64,000 nucleotides of DNA, from contig UQLJ01000005.1 in NCBI GenBank assembly GCA_900541825.1, positions 9,482 through 73,481 on the forward strand, written 5' to 3'. This document shows positions 1 to 8,447 of the stretch, piece after piece. The notes under the pieces were generated by a model. It saw only the letters and a program-made list of their open reading frames with translations. It ran no database searches and was not told where the DNA came from. The DNA is from an uncultured Collinsella sp. Its GTDB lineage: Bacteria; Actinomycetota; Coriobacteriia; Coriobacteriales; Coriobacteriaceae. Each line of letters starts with the position of its first letter. Within the stretch, counting starts at the first letter, position 1. The position numbers and the translations under genes are program-made.

Positions 1-871
1 CCAGGATGCCGCCGGCGTTGTTGGACTCGACCGCAATCTCGCCGGTCTCGGCATCAACGCGATACGGGTCGTTGTTCTCGCTGCCGCGCATGGCGGCCAC
101 GGCAAAGCCCATGCCAAACTCCACGCCCTTTACGGCGGGAATGCCAAACGCGATCTGCGCGATGCGGTTCTCGATGCCGTCGAACATGGGGTCACCAATG
201 CCCGCGGGAAGCCCATAGATGCCGCACTCCACGATGCCGCCGATGCTGTCGAGTTCATCGCGCGCGGCCAGAATTTCCTCGCGCATGCGACCGGCAGCGG
301 CGGCGTCGATGCAGGGCAGATCGTTCGTAAGGATCGCCTTGCGGTCGGCCGCGCGATAGACCATGTCGTCCATGGGCAGGTCGGAGATGCCGCCGATCTG
401 CGCGACGTGCGCCATGACCTTGATGCCACGGGCCTCGAGCGCCTGCAGCGCGATGCCGCCGGCGATGCATAGGGGAGCCGTTAGGCGGCCGGAGAAGTGC
501 CCACCGCCCGCGACGTCGTGCATGTTGTGGTACTTCAAGCGCGCAGGGAAGTCCGCATGTCCCGGACGGGGCTTGCGGCGCAGCTCGGAGTAATCCTTGG
601 AGCGCGTGTTGGTGTTCTCGATAATCGCGGCGAGGGGTGCGCCGGTGGTATGTCCATCAACCACACCGGCGATGATATGCGCGGCGTCGGCCTCGCGACG
701 TTTGGTCGCGGTCTCGTCGCGACCGGGGGCGCGACGGTCAAGGAAGGCCTGCAGCTGCTCCTGGTCCACGGCGATACCTGCCGGAATGCCATCGAGCGAG
801 CAGCCGATAGCGGGGGAGTGCGACTGGCCGAAGATGCTTAAGTGCAAGACGTTGCCAAAGGTCGAGGACAT
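1..871 (-). CDS. aroC: chorismate synthase (partial; 3' end outside window)
   Basis: Reverse-strand reading from ATG at 871-869 gives MSSTFGNVLHLSIFGQSHSPAIGCSLDGIPAG..., a chorismate synthase N-terminus. The frame stays open to the window edge, so it is absent from the ORF track. It lies directly downstream of aroA. Confidence 0.9.
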   Translation of the reverse strand, partial: MSSTFGNVLHLSIFGQSHSPAIGCSLDGIPAGIAVDQEQLQAFLDRRAPGRDETATKRREADAAHIIAGVVDGHTTGAPLAAIIENTNTRSKDYSELRRKPRPGHADFPARLKYHNMHDVAGGGHFSGRLTAPLCIAGGIALQALEARGIKVMAHVAQIGGISDLPMDDMVYRAADRKAILTNDLPCIDAAAAGRMREEILAARDELDSIGGIVECGIYGLPAGIGDPMFDGIENRIAQIAFGIPAVKGVEFGMGFAVAAMRGSENNDPYRVDAETGEIAVESNNAGGIL

Positions 872-872
872 G

Positions 873-2192
873 CTATTCCTCCTCGAGCGTGACCTTGCCG
901 CCCAGTAGGCGGTAGTGGTCGAAGAAATCGGGATAGGATTTGTTGACGGCCTCGGCGCCGTGGATCACGACCTCGCCGGTGGCGCGGCTCGCGGCGATGG
1001 CGGCCATCATGGCGATGCGGTGGTCGTTGTGCGAATCGACCTCGCCGCCGGTGAAGGCATCGACACCCTTGATGATGAGGTCATCGCCGGCAATGCGCAC
1101 CTGCGCGCCCAGCGCGGTGAGCTCGCGGGTGGTGGTGACCAGGCGGTCGGATTCCTTGATACGCAGACGGGCGCAATCGCGGATAAAGGTGCGGCCCTGT
1201 GCCAGCGATGCCACGGCCGAGATGACGGGCACCAGGTCCGGAATGTCGTGGGCGCTCATCTCAAAGCCGGCGAGCTTGTCGGACTGCACGGTGGCGGCGT
1301 TGGTGGAGCGAACGATGCGGGCACCAAAGCGCGAAAGCGCGGCGAGCACGTTGCGGTCGCCCTGTGCGGAGCTCAGCGACACGCCCTCGACGGTGATGGG
1401 GTCGGTGCCGATGGCGCCGGCGCACAGCCAAAAGGCGGCGTTGGACCAGTCTCCCTCGACGGCTACGCTGCCGGGCGTGCGGTACGATCCGCTGTTTACG
1501 CGGAAGTTCGTGACCTCGGGCTGGCCGTCCTTGGCCGGAATACGTTCGACGTTGACCTCGACGCCGAAGGCCTTCATGGCCTGGATCGTCAGGTTGATGT
1601 AGGGGCGGCTCTCAATGAGGCCGGTCACTTGCACACAGGAGGGCTGGGCCAGTAGCGGGGCCGCCAGCAGCAGGCCGGAGATATACTGCGAGCTCACGTT
1701 GCCCGGAAGCACAAAGGTGCCCGGGCGCATGCGGCCGCTCGTCTTGAGCGGAAAACCGCCCAGACCCTGTAGGTCGCAGCCGGCGGCGATAATCTCGTCC
1801 GAGAGCGGGGACAGCGGGCGGGCGCCTAAGCGTCCCTGACCCACAAAAGTTGCTTCTGCGCCCAGCGCGCAGGCGACGGGCAACATAAAGCGCAGCGTGG
1901 AGCCACTCTCGCCGCAGTCGAGCGTGCCGCCGGCTAGGGCCTTGAGCAGGCCAAATTCAATGCTCTTCATGGTGGGGTGGACCTGGAAGCCGTCCTCGAC
2001 GGTCTCGATGCGAGCACCCAGGGCCGTAAGGCAACGCACCGTAGCCTCGATGTCGGCGCAGGTGGTGTTACAGGCGACGTGTGTCTCGCCGTTGGCAAGC
2101 GCAGCGCAGATGATGAGACGGTGCGCCATCGACTTGGACGCGATGGCGGGAACGGTGCCCTTAAGCGGGGACGGGGTGATGCGGGCTAGCAT
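873..2192 (-). CDS. aroA: 3-phosphoshikimate 1-carboxyvinyltransferase (EPSP synthase)
   Basis: 439-aa ORF starting MLARITPSPLKGTVPAIASKSMAHRLIICAALANG, with typical EPSPS length and N-terminus. It sits in an aro gene run. Confidence 0.93.
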   Translation of the reverse strand: MLARITPSPLKGTVPAIASKSMAHRLIICAALANGETHVACNTTCADIEATVRCLTALGARIETVEDGFQVHPTMKSIEFGLLKALAGGTLDCGESGSTLRFMLPVACALGAEATFVGQGRLGARPLSPLSDEIIAAGCDLQGLGGFPLKTSGRMRPGTFVLPGNVSSQYISGLLLAAPLLAQPSCVQVTGLIESRPYINLTIQAMKAFGVEVNVERIPAKDGQPEVTNFRVNSGSYRTPGSVAVEGDWSNAAFWLCAGAIGTDPITVEGVSLSSAQGDRNVLAALSRFGARIVRSTNAATVQSDKLAGFEMSAHDIPDLVPVISAVASLAQGRTFIRDCARLRIKESDRLVTTTRELTALGAQVRIAGDDLIIKGVDAFTGGEVDSHNDHRIAMMAAIAASRATGEVVIHGAEAVNKSYPDFFDHYRLLGGKVTLEEE

Positions 2193-3292
2193 GCGGATGC
2201 GTCTCCCTTCTGGCCGAGGCCCTCGGCAATGAGTTCGTGGAAAGTGGAAAGCGGCGTGCGGTCGATGCTGCAGCGGCCAATGCCGTGCGGAATCACCAGG
2301 TCGATGGTGTCGCCCGCGCGCTTCTTGTCGTGGAGCGCCTCGGCAAAGACGGCATCGGCATCTAGGTCGCAGCGGGTCTTGAGGCCATGGCGGGCGCAGA
2401 GCTCCTCAATACGACCGGGCAGTGCAGCATCGCAAATGCCGTGCAGGGCCGCGGCGCGCGTGATGATGCCCATGCCGATCGACACGCAGTTGCCGTGTCC
2501 GAGCTCAAAGTGCTCGCAGGCCTCGACGGCGTGTCCGGCGCTGTGTCCAAAGTTGAGCAGCTTGCGCTGGTTGGTTTCGTGCTCGTCGGCGACGACCACG
2601 GCGCGCTTGATGTCGATGTTGCGGGCGATGATGAGTGCTACGCGGGCCACATCGCGGTTGAGCAGCTCCAGCGTGAGCGGGGTCTTCTCCAGCTCGGCGA
2701 AAAGCTCCGGGTCGGCGATCACGGCGTGCTTGACGACCTCGCCGCAGCCGTCGGCGAACTGCTCGGGCGTGAGGGTGGCCAGGCACCCCACGTCGGCGAT
2801 AACCACATTCGGCTGCCAAAAGACGCCGGCCAGGTTCTTGCCGGCAGCCAGGTCGATGGCGGTCTTGCCGCCCACCGACGAATCCACCATGGCGAGCAGG
2901 CTCGTCGGGATCTGCACAAACTTGCAGCCGCGCATGTAGGTGGCGGCCACAAAGCCCGCCACGTCGCCCACGACGCCGCCACCGAGTGCCACGATCACGT
3001 CGGAGCGCGAAAGCTCGTGCTCGGCCACAAACTCCAAAATGGCAACATAGGTTTCGGCGCGCTTATGGGCCTCACCGGCCTCGAAGGTGCAGATGCTCAC
3101 CTCGTAGCCAGACGCCTCCAGACTTTGCTTAACGGGCATCTGGTAGAGCGGGCCCACGTTGGTGTCCGTCACGATGACGGCCTTGGTGCCGCCTGCAGTG
3201 GCGCGCACGAGCGGTCCCGCCTGCTCCAGCAAAAACGTGCCTACATGCACCTGGTAGGGGCGTGCGGTGTCGATATCGATGGTAATCGCCAT
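2186..3292 (-). CDS. aroB: 3-dehydroquinate synthase
   Basis: 368-aa ORF with the GGGVVGDVAGF nucleotide-binding motif and metal-binding His residues of DHQ synthase. It overlaps the aroA start by 7 nt. Confidence 0.92.
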   Translation of the reverse strand: MAITIDIDTARPYQVHVGTFLLEQAGPLVRATAGGTKAVIVTDTNVGPLYQMPVKQSLEASGYEVSICTFEAGEAHKRAETYVAILEFVAEHELSRSDVIVALGGGVVGDVAGFVAATYMRGCKFVQIPTSLLAMVDSSVGGKTAIDLAAGKNLAGVFWQPNVVIADVGCLATLTPEQFADGCGEVVKHAVIADPELFAELEKTPLTLELLNRDVARVALIIARNIDIKRAVVVADEHETNQRKLLNFGHSAGHAVEACEHFELGHGNCVSIGMGIITRAAALHGICDAALPGRIEELCARHGLKTRCDLDADAVFAEALHDKKRAGDTIDLVIPHGIGRCSIDRTPLSTFHELIAEGLGQKGDASAC

Positions 3293-3328
3293 AAGCTTCG
3301 GTCCTTTCGACCTGGCGTGATAGGTGGT

Positions 3329-4243
3329 CTAGTGGGAGGCCTCGTCGTCGAGTGCGCGCTTAATGCGGTCGCCCTCGGCAAGGAGATTCTCCAGATAGCG
3401 CTGGTCGCGGTCCTTAAGGGCGCGGCTGTAGGCGCCGAGCGAGTCGATTAGATGGTCGATCTCGAAGGCGAGCGCGTCGGCGTCGTCGATCATGAGCTCG
3501 GACCACATTTGCGGGTTGAGGTGCGCCACGCGGGTGAGATCGCGGTAGCTACCGGCCGAAAAGCCGTGGTGGACCTGGGCGGTCGGGCTCTTTACGTAGG
3601 CGTTTGACACCACGTGCGCTAGCTGGCTCGTGAAAGCGATGACGCGGTCGTGCTCGGCGGCGCTGGTCACGCTGAACTTGCCAAAGCCCAAGGGGCGCAC
3701 CATCTCGCGCACCTGGCCCAAAAGCTCCAGCTTGAGCGCATCGTCCACCGCGGGCGGCACGAGCACCAGGGGGGCGCCCTGGAACAGGTCGGCGCGGGAG
3801 TGCGCGTAGCCCGAGAACTGGGTGCCCGCCATGGGGTGCGCGCCCACAAAGTAAAAGCCGTGCTCGCGGGCAAGCTCAAAGGCGCGTTCGCACACGATGC
3901 CCTTGACGCCCACGGTGTCGATCACCACGGGACCCATGATGGCCTCGGTGTCGGTGGCGTCGGCGAGCGCCTGGGCATGCGCCTCGAGCCACTCGATGCA
4001 GGCCTCGGGGTAGCAAGCCAGGACGATGATGTCGCATTCGCCGAGTGTCCTGTCGTTGAGCTCTCCGGCGACAGTGCCCATGCTGGCGGCCGTCATGACA
4101 TCGTCATCGGGGTCCCAGGCCAGCACGCGGACGCCCGCCTGCGCATAGCCGCGGGCAAAACTGCCGCCGATGAGGCCAAGGCCGACGATGCCGGCGCACT
4201 TGGGGCCGCCCTGGTTAACACGCGCGTTTCTCACCGTACCCAT
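3329..4243 (-). CDS. tyrA: prephenate dehydrogenase
   Basis: 304-aa ORF with an N-terminal Rossmann motif (GIVGLGLIGGSF) and a prephenate dehydrogenase-like core. It is embedded in the aro operon. Confidence 0.85.
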   Translation of the reverse strand: MGTVRNARVNQGGPKCAGIVGLGLIGGSFARGYAQAGVRVLAWDPDDDVMTAASMGTVAGELNDRTLGECDIIVLACYPEACIEWLEAHAQALADATDTEAIMGPVVIDTVGVKGIVCERAFELAREHGFYFVGAHPMAGTQFSGYAHSRADLFQGAPLVLVPPAVDDALKLELLGQVREMVRPLGFGKFSVTSAAEHDRVIAFTSQLAHVVSNAYVKSPTAQVHHGFSAGSYRDLTRVAHLNPQMWSELMIDDADALAFEIDHLIDSLGAYSRALKDRDQRYLENLLAEGDRIKRALDDEASH

Positions 4244-4246
4244 GGG

Positions 4247-5269
4247 CTACTCCATGGTCTCTTGGCAGACAACCTCGCGGATGGCTCGGATGAGGCGCAT
4301 GGTGTCGTCGAACTGATCGGGGGTGAGGGCCTGAGCGCCGTCGGACCATGCGTGGCTGGGCTCGTCGTGGACCTCGATCTCCAGGCCGTTGGCACCGCAG
4401 GCGGTCGCGGCGAGCGCCATGGGCTCAACGTAGCGGGTGTAGCCGGTGGCGTGGCTGGGGTCGGCGACGACGGGCAGGTGCGACAGGTGGTGCAGCACCG
4501 GCACGGCGTTGAGGTCGAAGGTGTTGCGGGTGCGGGTCTCGAAGGTGCGGATGCCGCGCTCGCACAGGATGACGTTGTCGTTGCCCTCGCTCATGATGTA
4601 CTCGGCTGCCATGAGCAGCTCGTCGATCGTGCCGGACATGCCGCGCTTGAGCAGGATCGGGGTCTGGGTCTTGCCGACCTCCTTGAGCAGGGGGAAGTTC
4701 TGGGCGTTGCGGGCGCCGATCTGCATGACGTCAATCTTCTTGTCCAAGAAGACCTGCACGTCGCGTGGGTCCATGATCTCGGTGACGATCGGCATGTCGA
4801 GCTCGGCGGATGCCTCGCACAGCAGGTCCAGGCCGGCGGGACCCATGCCCTGGTAGGCGTAGGGGGAGGTGCGGGGCTTGTAGGCACCGCCGCGCAGCAT
4901 CGTGGCGCCGGCGGCTTTCACGCGGCGTGCGATGCGGATGAGGTTCTCGCCCTCGACGGAGCACGGGCCGGCGATGACCTGGAACTGGTCGCCGCCGATC
5001 TTGACGCCGTGACCGCAGTCGATGACGGAGTCCTCGGGGTGGAACTTGCGGTTGGCGCGCTTAAAAGGCTCGGAGACGCGCTGCACGCGCTCGACGACAT
5101 CCATGGACTCGAGCAGGAACGGGTCGATCTTGGTCGTATCGCCCACCAGGCCGATGATCGTCTCGTTCTCGCCGCGCGAGACATCGGTCTTGAGTCCTTT
5201 TTTCTCGATCCAGCTGACAATGTGGCTGACGGCCTCGTCGCTGGCGCTCTGCTTTAAAATTGCAATCAT
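4247..5269 (-). CDS. aroF: 3-deoxy-7-phosphoheptulonate (DAHP) synthase, type I-beta with N-terminal ferredoxin-like regulatory domain
   Basis: The ORF track extends to 5317. MIAILKQSASDEAV...IIGLVGD aligns with the Thermotoga-type DAHPS N-terminus, and ATG 5269 is preceded by GAGAGG. The core motifs GPCSVE and KPRTSPY are present. Confidence 0.9.
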   Translation of the reverse strand: MIAILKQSASDEAVSHIVSWIEKKGLKTDVSRGENETIIGLVGDTTKIDPFLLESMDVVERVQRVSEPFKRANRKFHPEDSVIDCGHGVKIGGDQFQVIAGPCSVEGENLIRIARRVKAAGATMLRGGAYKPRTSPYAYQGMGPAGLDLLCEASAELDMPIVTEIMDPRDVQVFLDKKIDVMQIGARNAQNFPLLKEVGKTQTPILLKRGMSGTIDELLMAAEYIMSEGNDNVILCERGIRTFETRTRNTFDLNAVPVLHHLSHLPVVADPSHATGYTRYVEPMALAATACGANGLEIEVHDEPSHAWSDGAQALTPDQFDDTMRLIRAIREVVCQETME

Positions 5270-5302
5270 GGTGTGCCTCTCACCTCGATGGATAACTTTT
5301 GC

Positions 5303-5325
5303 AAAAACGGCCCGCATCGCGAGCC
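5303..5325 (-). promoter_or_regulatory. terminator-like hairpin plus U-run inside the aroF leader (candidate attenuator)
   Basis: On the minus strand GGCTCGC-GAT-GCGGGCC (7-bp stem with one G.U pair) is followed by GTTTTTG. It lies about 35 nt upstream of the aroF ATG. Confidence 0.3.
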
Positions 5326-5432
5326 GTGTATATATGGTGCATGAGAGTTTATACTATCTGACTCGCTTTTGCCTTCTAAAGTGGGCCGTTGCGCCGTGTC
5401 TCCCACGTAATTGCAAAGCTTTTTCTTTTATT

Positions 5433-5462
5433 TTGATAGCCCGTGGCGCACTTGGGTATAAT
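5433..5462 (+). promoter_or_regulatory. sigma-70-type promoter of tRNA-Arg
   Basis: TTGATA (5433-5438), an 18-nt spacer, then TATAAT (5457-5462). The tRNA 5' end lies 12 nt downstream. Confidence 0.6.
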
Positions 5463-5473
5463 GCCAGTAGGTC

Positions 5474-5550
5474 GCCCTATTAGCTCAGGGGATTAGAGCG
5501 TCTGCCTCCGGAGCAGAAGGCCGTTGGTTCGAATCCAACATGGGGCACCA
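5474..5550 (+). tRNA. tRNA-Arg (anticodon CCG), CCA encoded
   Basis: Hand-folded cloverleaf. Acceptor GCCCTAT/ATGGGGC; D arm GCTC..GAGC; anticodon stem TCTGC/GCAGA with loop CT-CCG-GA; T arm GTTGG-TTCGAAT-CCAAC; then A-CCA. Confidence 0.9.
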
Positions 5551-5561
5551 TCGAACGTAAG

Positions 5562-5597
5562 ACCGTCCGAACCTCGCATGGTCCGGGCGGTTTTTCT
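5562..5597 (+). terminator. intrinsic terminator after tRNA-Arg
   Basis: ACCGTCCGAACC / GGTCCGGGCGGT stem of about 12 bp (one mismatch, one G.U), loop TCGCAT, followed by TTTTTCTT. Confidence 0.7.
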
Positions 5598-5611
5598 TAT
5601 ACCGACGCGAC

Positions 5612-8344
5612 GTGATGGGACGTGGTATGGCAGCAACGGATATCGAGCGCGGACTCTCAACCGCCGAGGTCGAGGAGCGCATCGCCGCCGGTAAGATCAA
5701 CCGCAACATGGAACTCAAGACCAAGTCGGTCAAAGAGCTCATCATCGAGAACCTCTGCACGCTGTTCAATTTGATCAACGTGATCTTGGCGTTCCTGGTC
5801 ATTTTGACCGGTTCGTTTAAGAATCTGACGTTCCTGTTCGTGGTGTTCCTCAATACCGCTATCGGCGTCATCCAGTCCATGCGTTCCAAGAAGATGGTCG
5901 ATAAGCTCACGCTGCTGACCTCCAAGAAGACCATCGCGGTGCGCGACGGCGCCGAGGTGGAGCTCGACCTGGACCAGATCGTGCTCGACGACATCATCCG
6001 CCTGGGGCGCGGCGACCAGATTCCCGCCGACGCCGTGGTGGTTTCGGGCGACGCGCTCGTGAACGAGAGTCTGCTGACGGGCGAGAGCGACCTTATTAAG
6101 AAACAGCCCGGTTCCGAGCTCATGAGCGGCAGCTTTATCGACTCGGGCCTGCTGCGCGCCCGCGTGATTCATGTCGGCGCCGACAACTACGTGGCCAAAA
6201 TTAATAACGAGGCCAAGTACGTCAAAAAGGTCAATTCCGAGATCATGAACGCGCTTAATGCCATCGTGCGCTTTGCGAGCATCATCATGATCCCGCTCGG
6301 TTTAGCGTTGTTTGCCTCGAGCGTGAGCGAGCTGTGGGATGCCGCGGGAACCCCGGGCGATAGTGCGCTTTCGTGGTGCTTCTCCGAGCTGTTGGCTGGT
6401 CATGTGCCTTCGTCGGCGCTGCTGTCCACGGTGGGCGCCCTGCTGGGCATGATCCCGCAAGGCCTGGTGCTGCTGACCTCGTCGGTGCTCGCCATCGCCA
6501 CGGTGCGCCTGGCTCGCCGCAAGGTGCTGGCGCAGCAGCTATACTGCATCGAGACGCTCGCTCGCGTCGACGTGCTGTGCCTGGACAAGACGGGCACCAT
6601 CACGTCGGGCCGCATGGAGGTCGAGGGCACCTACCCGCTGCCTGTTGAGGGTGTTGGCTTTGGCGTGGACTCGGACGAGGCGGCTGTTCCCGTCGATACC
6701 ACAGTGCTCGATTTTGCGCTGGCTAACGTGGCACGTGCGACTTCGGCCGATGCCAACGAGACCTGCCAGGCGCTGCTCAACTATTACGCCGATCGCCCGG
6801 TCGAGGTGTCTGAGCCGCTGTCGGTCATTCCGTTCTCGTCGTCTAAAAAATGGAGTGGCGCTTCGTTTGCGCAGGGCTCCTATGTGATGGGCGCCGCGCA
6901 GTTTGTGCTTTCGGAGCGTGTGTTTTCGCAGGTCGAGAACCGTGTCGCCGAGCTTGCCGATGCCTGCCGCGTGCTCGTGGTGGCGCGCGTGGACGGCTTT
7001 ACACCCGATGGCGATATGGTGGGCGAGGCCGAGCCCGTGGGCTTTGTGACCATCCGCGACGAGATTCGTACCTCGGCGGCCGAAACCATCGGCTACTTTA
7101 ACGAGCAGGGCGTGACCCTCAACGTGATCAGTGGCGACGACCCGCGTACGGTGTCGTCGATCGCGCGCGTGGTGGGCGTGCCGGGGGCGGACGCTTATGT
7201 GGACGCCACGACGCTCGATACGCCGGCCAAGCTCGATGCCGCAGTAGACCGCTACCATGTCTTTGGTCGTGTGACCCCGCAGCAGAAGCGCGAGCTCGTG
7301 CAGGCGCTCAAACGCCGCGAGCACACCGTGGCCATGACGGGCGACGGCGTCAACGACGTGCTGGCGCTCAAGGAAGCCGACTGCTCCGTCGCCATGGCGG
7401 CCGGCTCCGATGCCGTGCGCAACGTGGCCGAGATCGTACTCGTCGACAACGACTTTGCCTCGATACCCGCCGTGGTGGCCGAGGGCCGTCGCTCCATCAA
7501 CAACCTGCAGCGTTCGGCCTCGCTGTTCCTGACCAAGACGCTGTTCTCGATGGGCCTGGCGGCGCTGTGCATCGCGCTGCCGCCGTACCCCTTCGAGCCC
7601 ATCCAGATGACGCTCATTAACTTCTTCTGCATCGGCGCGCCGGGCTTTGTGTTGGGCCTGGAGCCCAACAACGCCCGCGTGAAGGGGTCGTTCTTGACCA
7701 ACGTACTCAAGCGTGCACTGCCGGCGTCGATTGCGGTCATTTTGGCTGCGGCGCTCGATATCTTTGTGGCGCGCGTGTTTGGCTTTAGCCAGCTCACGCT
7801 GTCTACGATGTGCTTGCTTACGTCGTGCGCGGCGAGCGTCAGCCTGATCTGGCGCATCTCGCAGCCTCTCACGCCCTTACGAGTGGTGCTCTTTGTGTTT
7901 GTAGTCGCCGGCATCCTAGTGGGCGTTATCGGATTCCCGGAGCTGCTGTCTATTGCCAACCTGTCGATGGGCCAGATGGTTATCTTGGCTGTCATCGTGG
8001 TCTTTACCTGCTCGGTGTTCTTTAAGCTCGTCACGATGATGGATTCGCTCAAGCCGCGTCGTCGTCATGCCGCAACTGGTTTTGGCCGCGGTGTGCGCGT
8101 CCGCCTGGGTCGCGGTGGCGGCAAGGTGAGCTCGACGGGTTCGACGGCCGAGCGTTTTGCCAAGCGCTTCGCCGCCGACATGGCGCAGCGCCGCGAAGAT
8201 CGCACCGTTCGCGAGGCCGAGGCCCGCGCACTCGAGGGCGTGGCCCAGCTCAAGAAAAAGAAGGGTACCGGAGCCAAGCGCTCTCGCGTGACTAAGTCCG
8301 CCCAAGGCATCAAAGTCTCGATGCCAAGCAAAAAGAAGAAGTAA
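5612..8344 (+). CDS. cation-translocating P-type ATPase (HAD superfamily, P2-like) with basic C-terminal tail
   Basis: 910-aa ORF with TGES (LLTGESD), the phosphorylation motif DKTGTIT, the hinge MTGDGVNDVLALKEADCSVAM and multiple TM segments. Start could be GTG 5612, ATG 5615 or ATG 5627. Confidence 0.9.
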   Translation: MMGRGMAATDIERGLSTAEVEERIAAGKINRNMELKTKSVKELIIENLCTLFNLINVILAFLVILTGSFKNLTFLFVVFLNTAIGVIQSMRSKKMVDKLTLLTSKKTIAVRDGAEVELDLDQIVLDDIIRLGRGDQIPADAVVVSGDALVNESLLTGESDLIKKQPGSELMSGSFIDSGLLRARVIHVGADNYVAKINNEAKYVKKVNSEIMNALNAIVRFASIIMIPLGLALFASSVSELWDAAGTPGDSALSWCFSELLAGHVPSSALLSTVGALLGMIPQGLVLLTSSVLAIATVRLARRKVLAQQLYCIETLARVDVLCLDKTGTITSGRMEVEGTYPLPVEGVGFGVDSDEAAVPVDTTVLDFALANVARATSADANETCQALLNYYADRPVEVSEPLSVIPFSSSKKWSGASFAQGSYVMGAAQFVLSERVFSQVENRVAELADACRVLVVARVDGFTPDGDMVGEAEPVGFVTIRDEIRTSAAETIGYFNEQGVTLNVISGDDPRTVSSIARVVGVPGADAYVDATTLDTPAKLDAAVDRYHVFGRVTPQQKRELVQALKRREHTVAMTGDGVNDVLALKEADCSVAMAAGSDAVRNVAEIVLVDNDFASIPAVVAEGRRSINNLQRSASLFLTKTLFSMGLAALCIALPPYPFEPIQMTLINFFCIGAPGFVLGLEPNNARVKGSFLTNVLKRALPASIAVILAAALDIFVARVFGFSQLTLSTMCLLTSCAASVSLIWRISQPLTPLRVVLFVFVVAGILVGVIGFPELLSIANLSMGQMVILAVIVVFTCSVFFKLVTMMDSLKPRRRHAATGFGRGVRVRLGRGGGKVSSTGSTAERFAKRFAADMAQRREDRTVREAEARALEGVAQLKKKKGTGAKRSRVTKSAQGIKVSMPSKKKK

Positions 8345-8447
8345 CTACGCGCTCTGCCGATGTTGAATTGGTGCCTTGCTCCTGTGGGGCCGTGGCGATG
8401 TTATGCTCTAACCTCGATTGTTTGAATTGCTTCGAAAAGAGGATGCC

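Noticed and set aside
5485-6123. 212-aa minus-strand ORF overlapping the tRNA-Arg gene and the 5' end of the ATPase gene.
   Set aside because: It runs antisense through a tRNA, its terminator and a well-supported CDS. It has a Ser/Met/Arg-rich shadow composition and no RBS.
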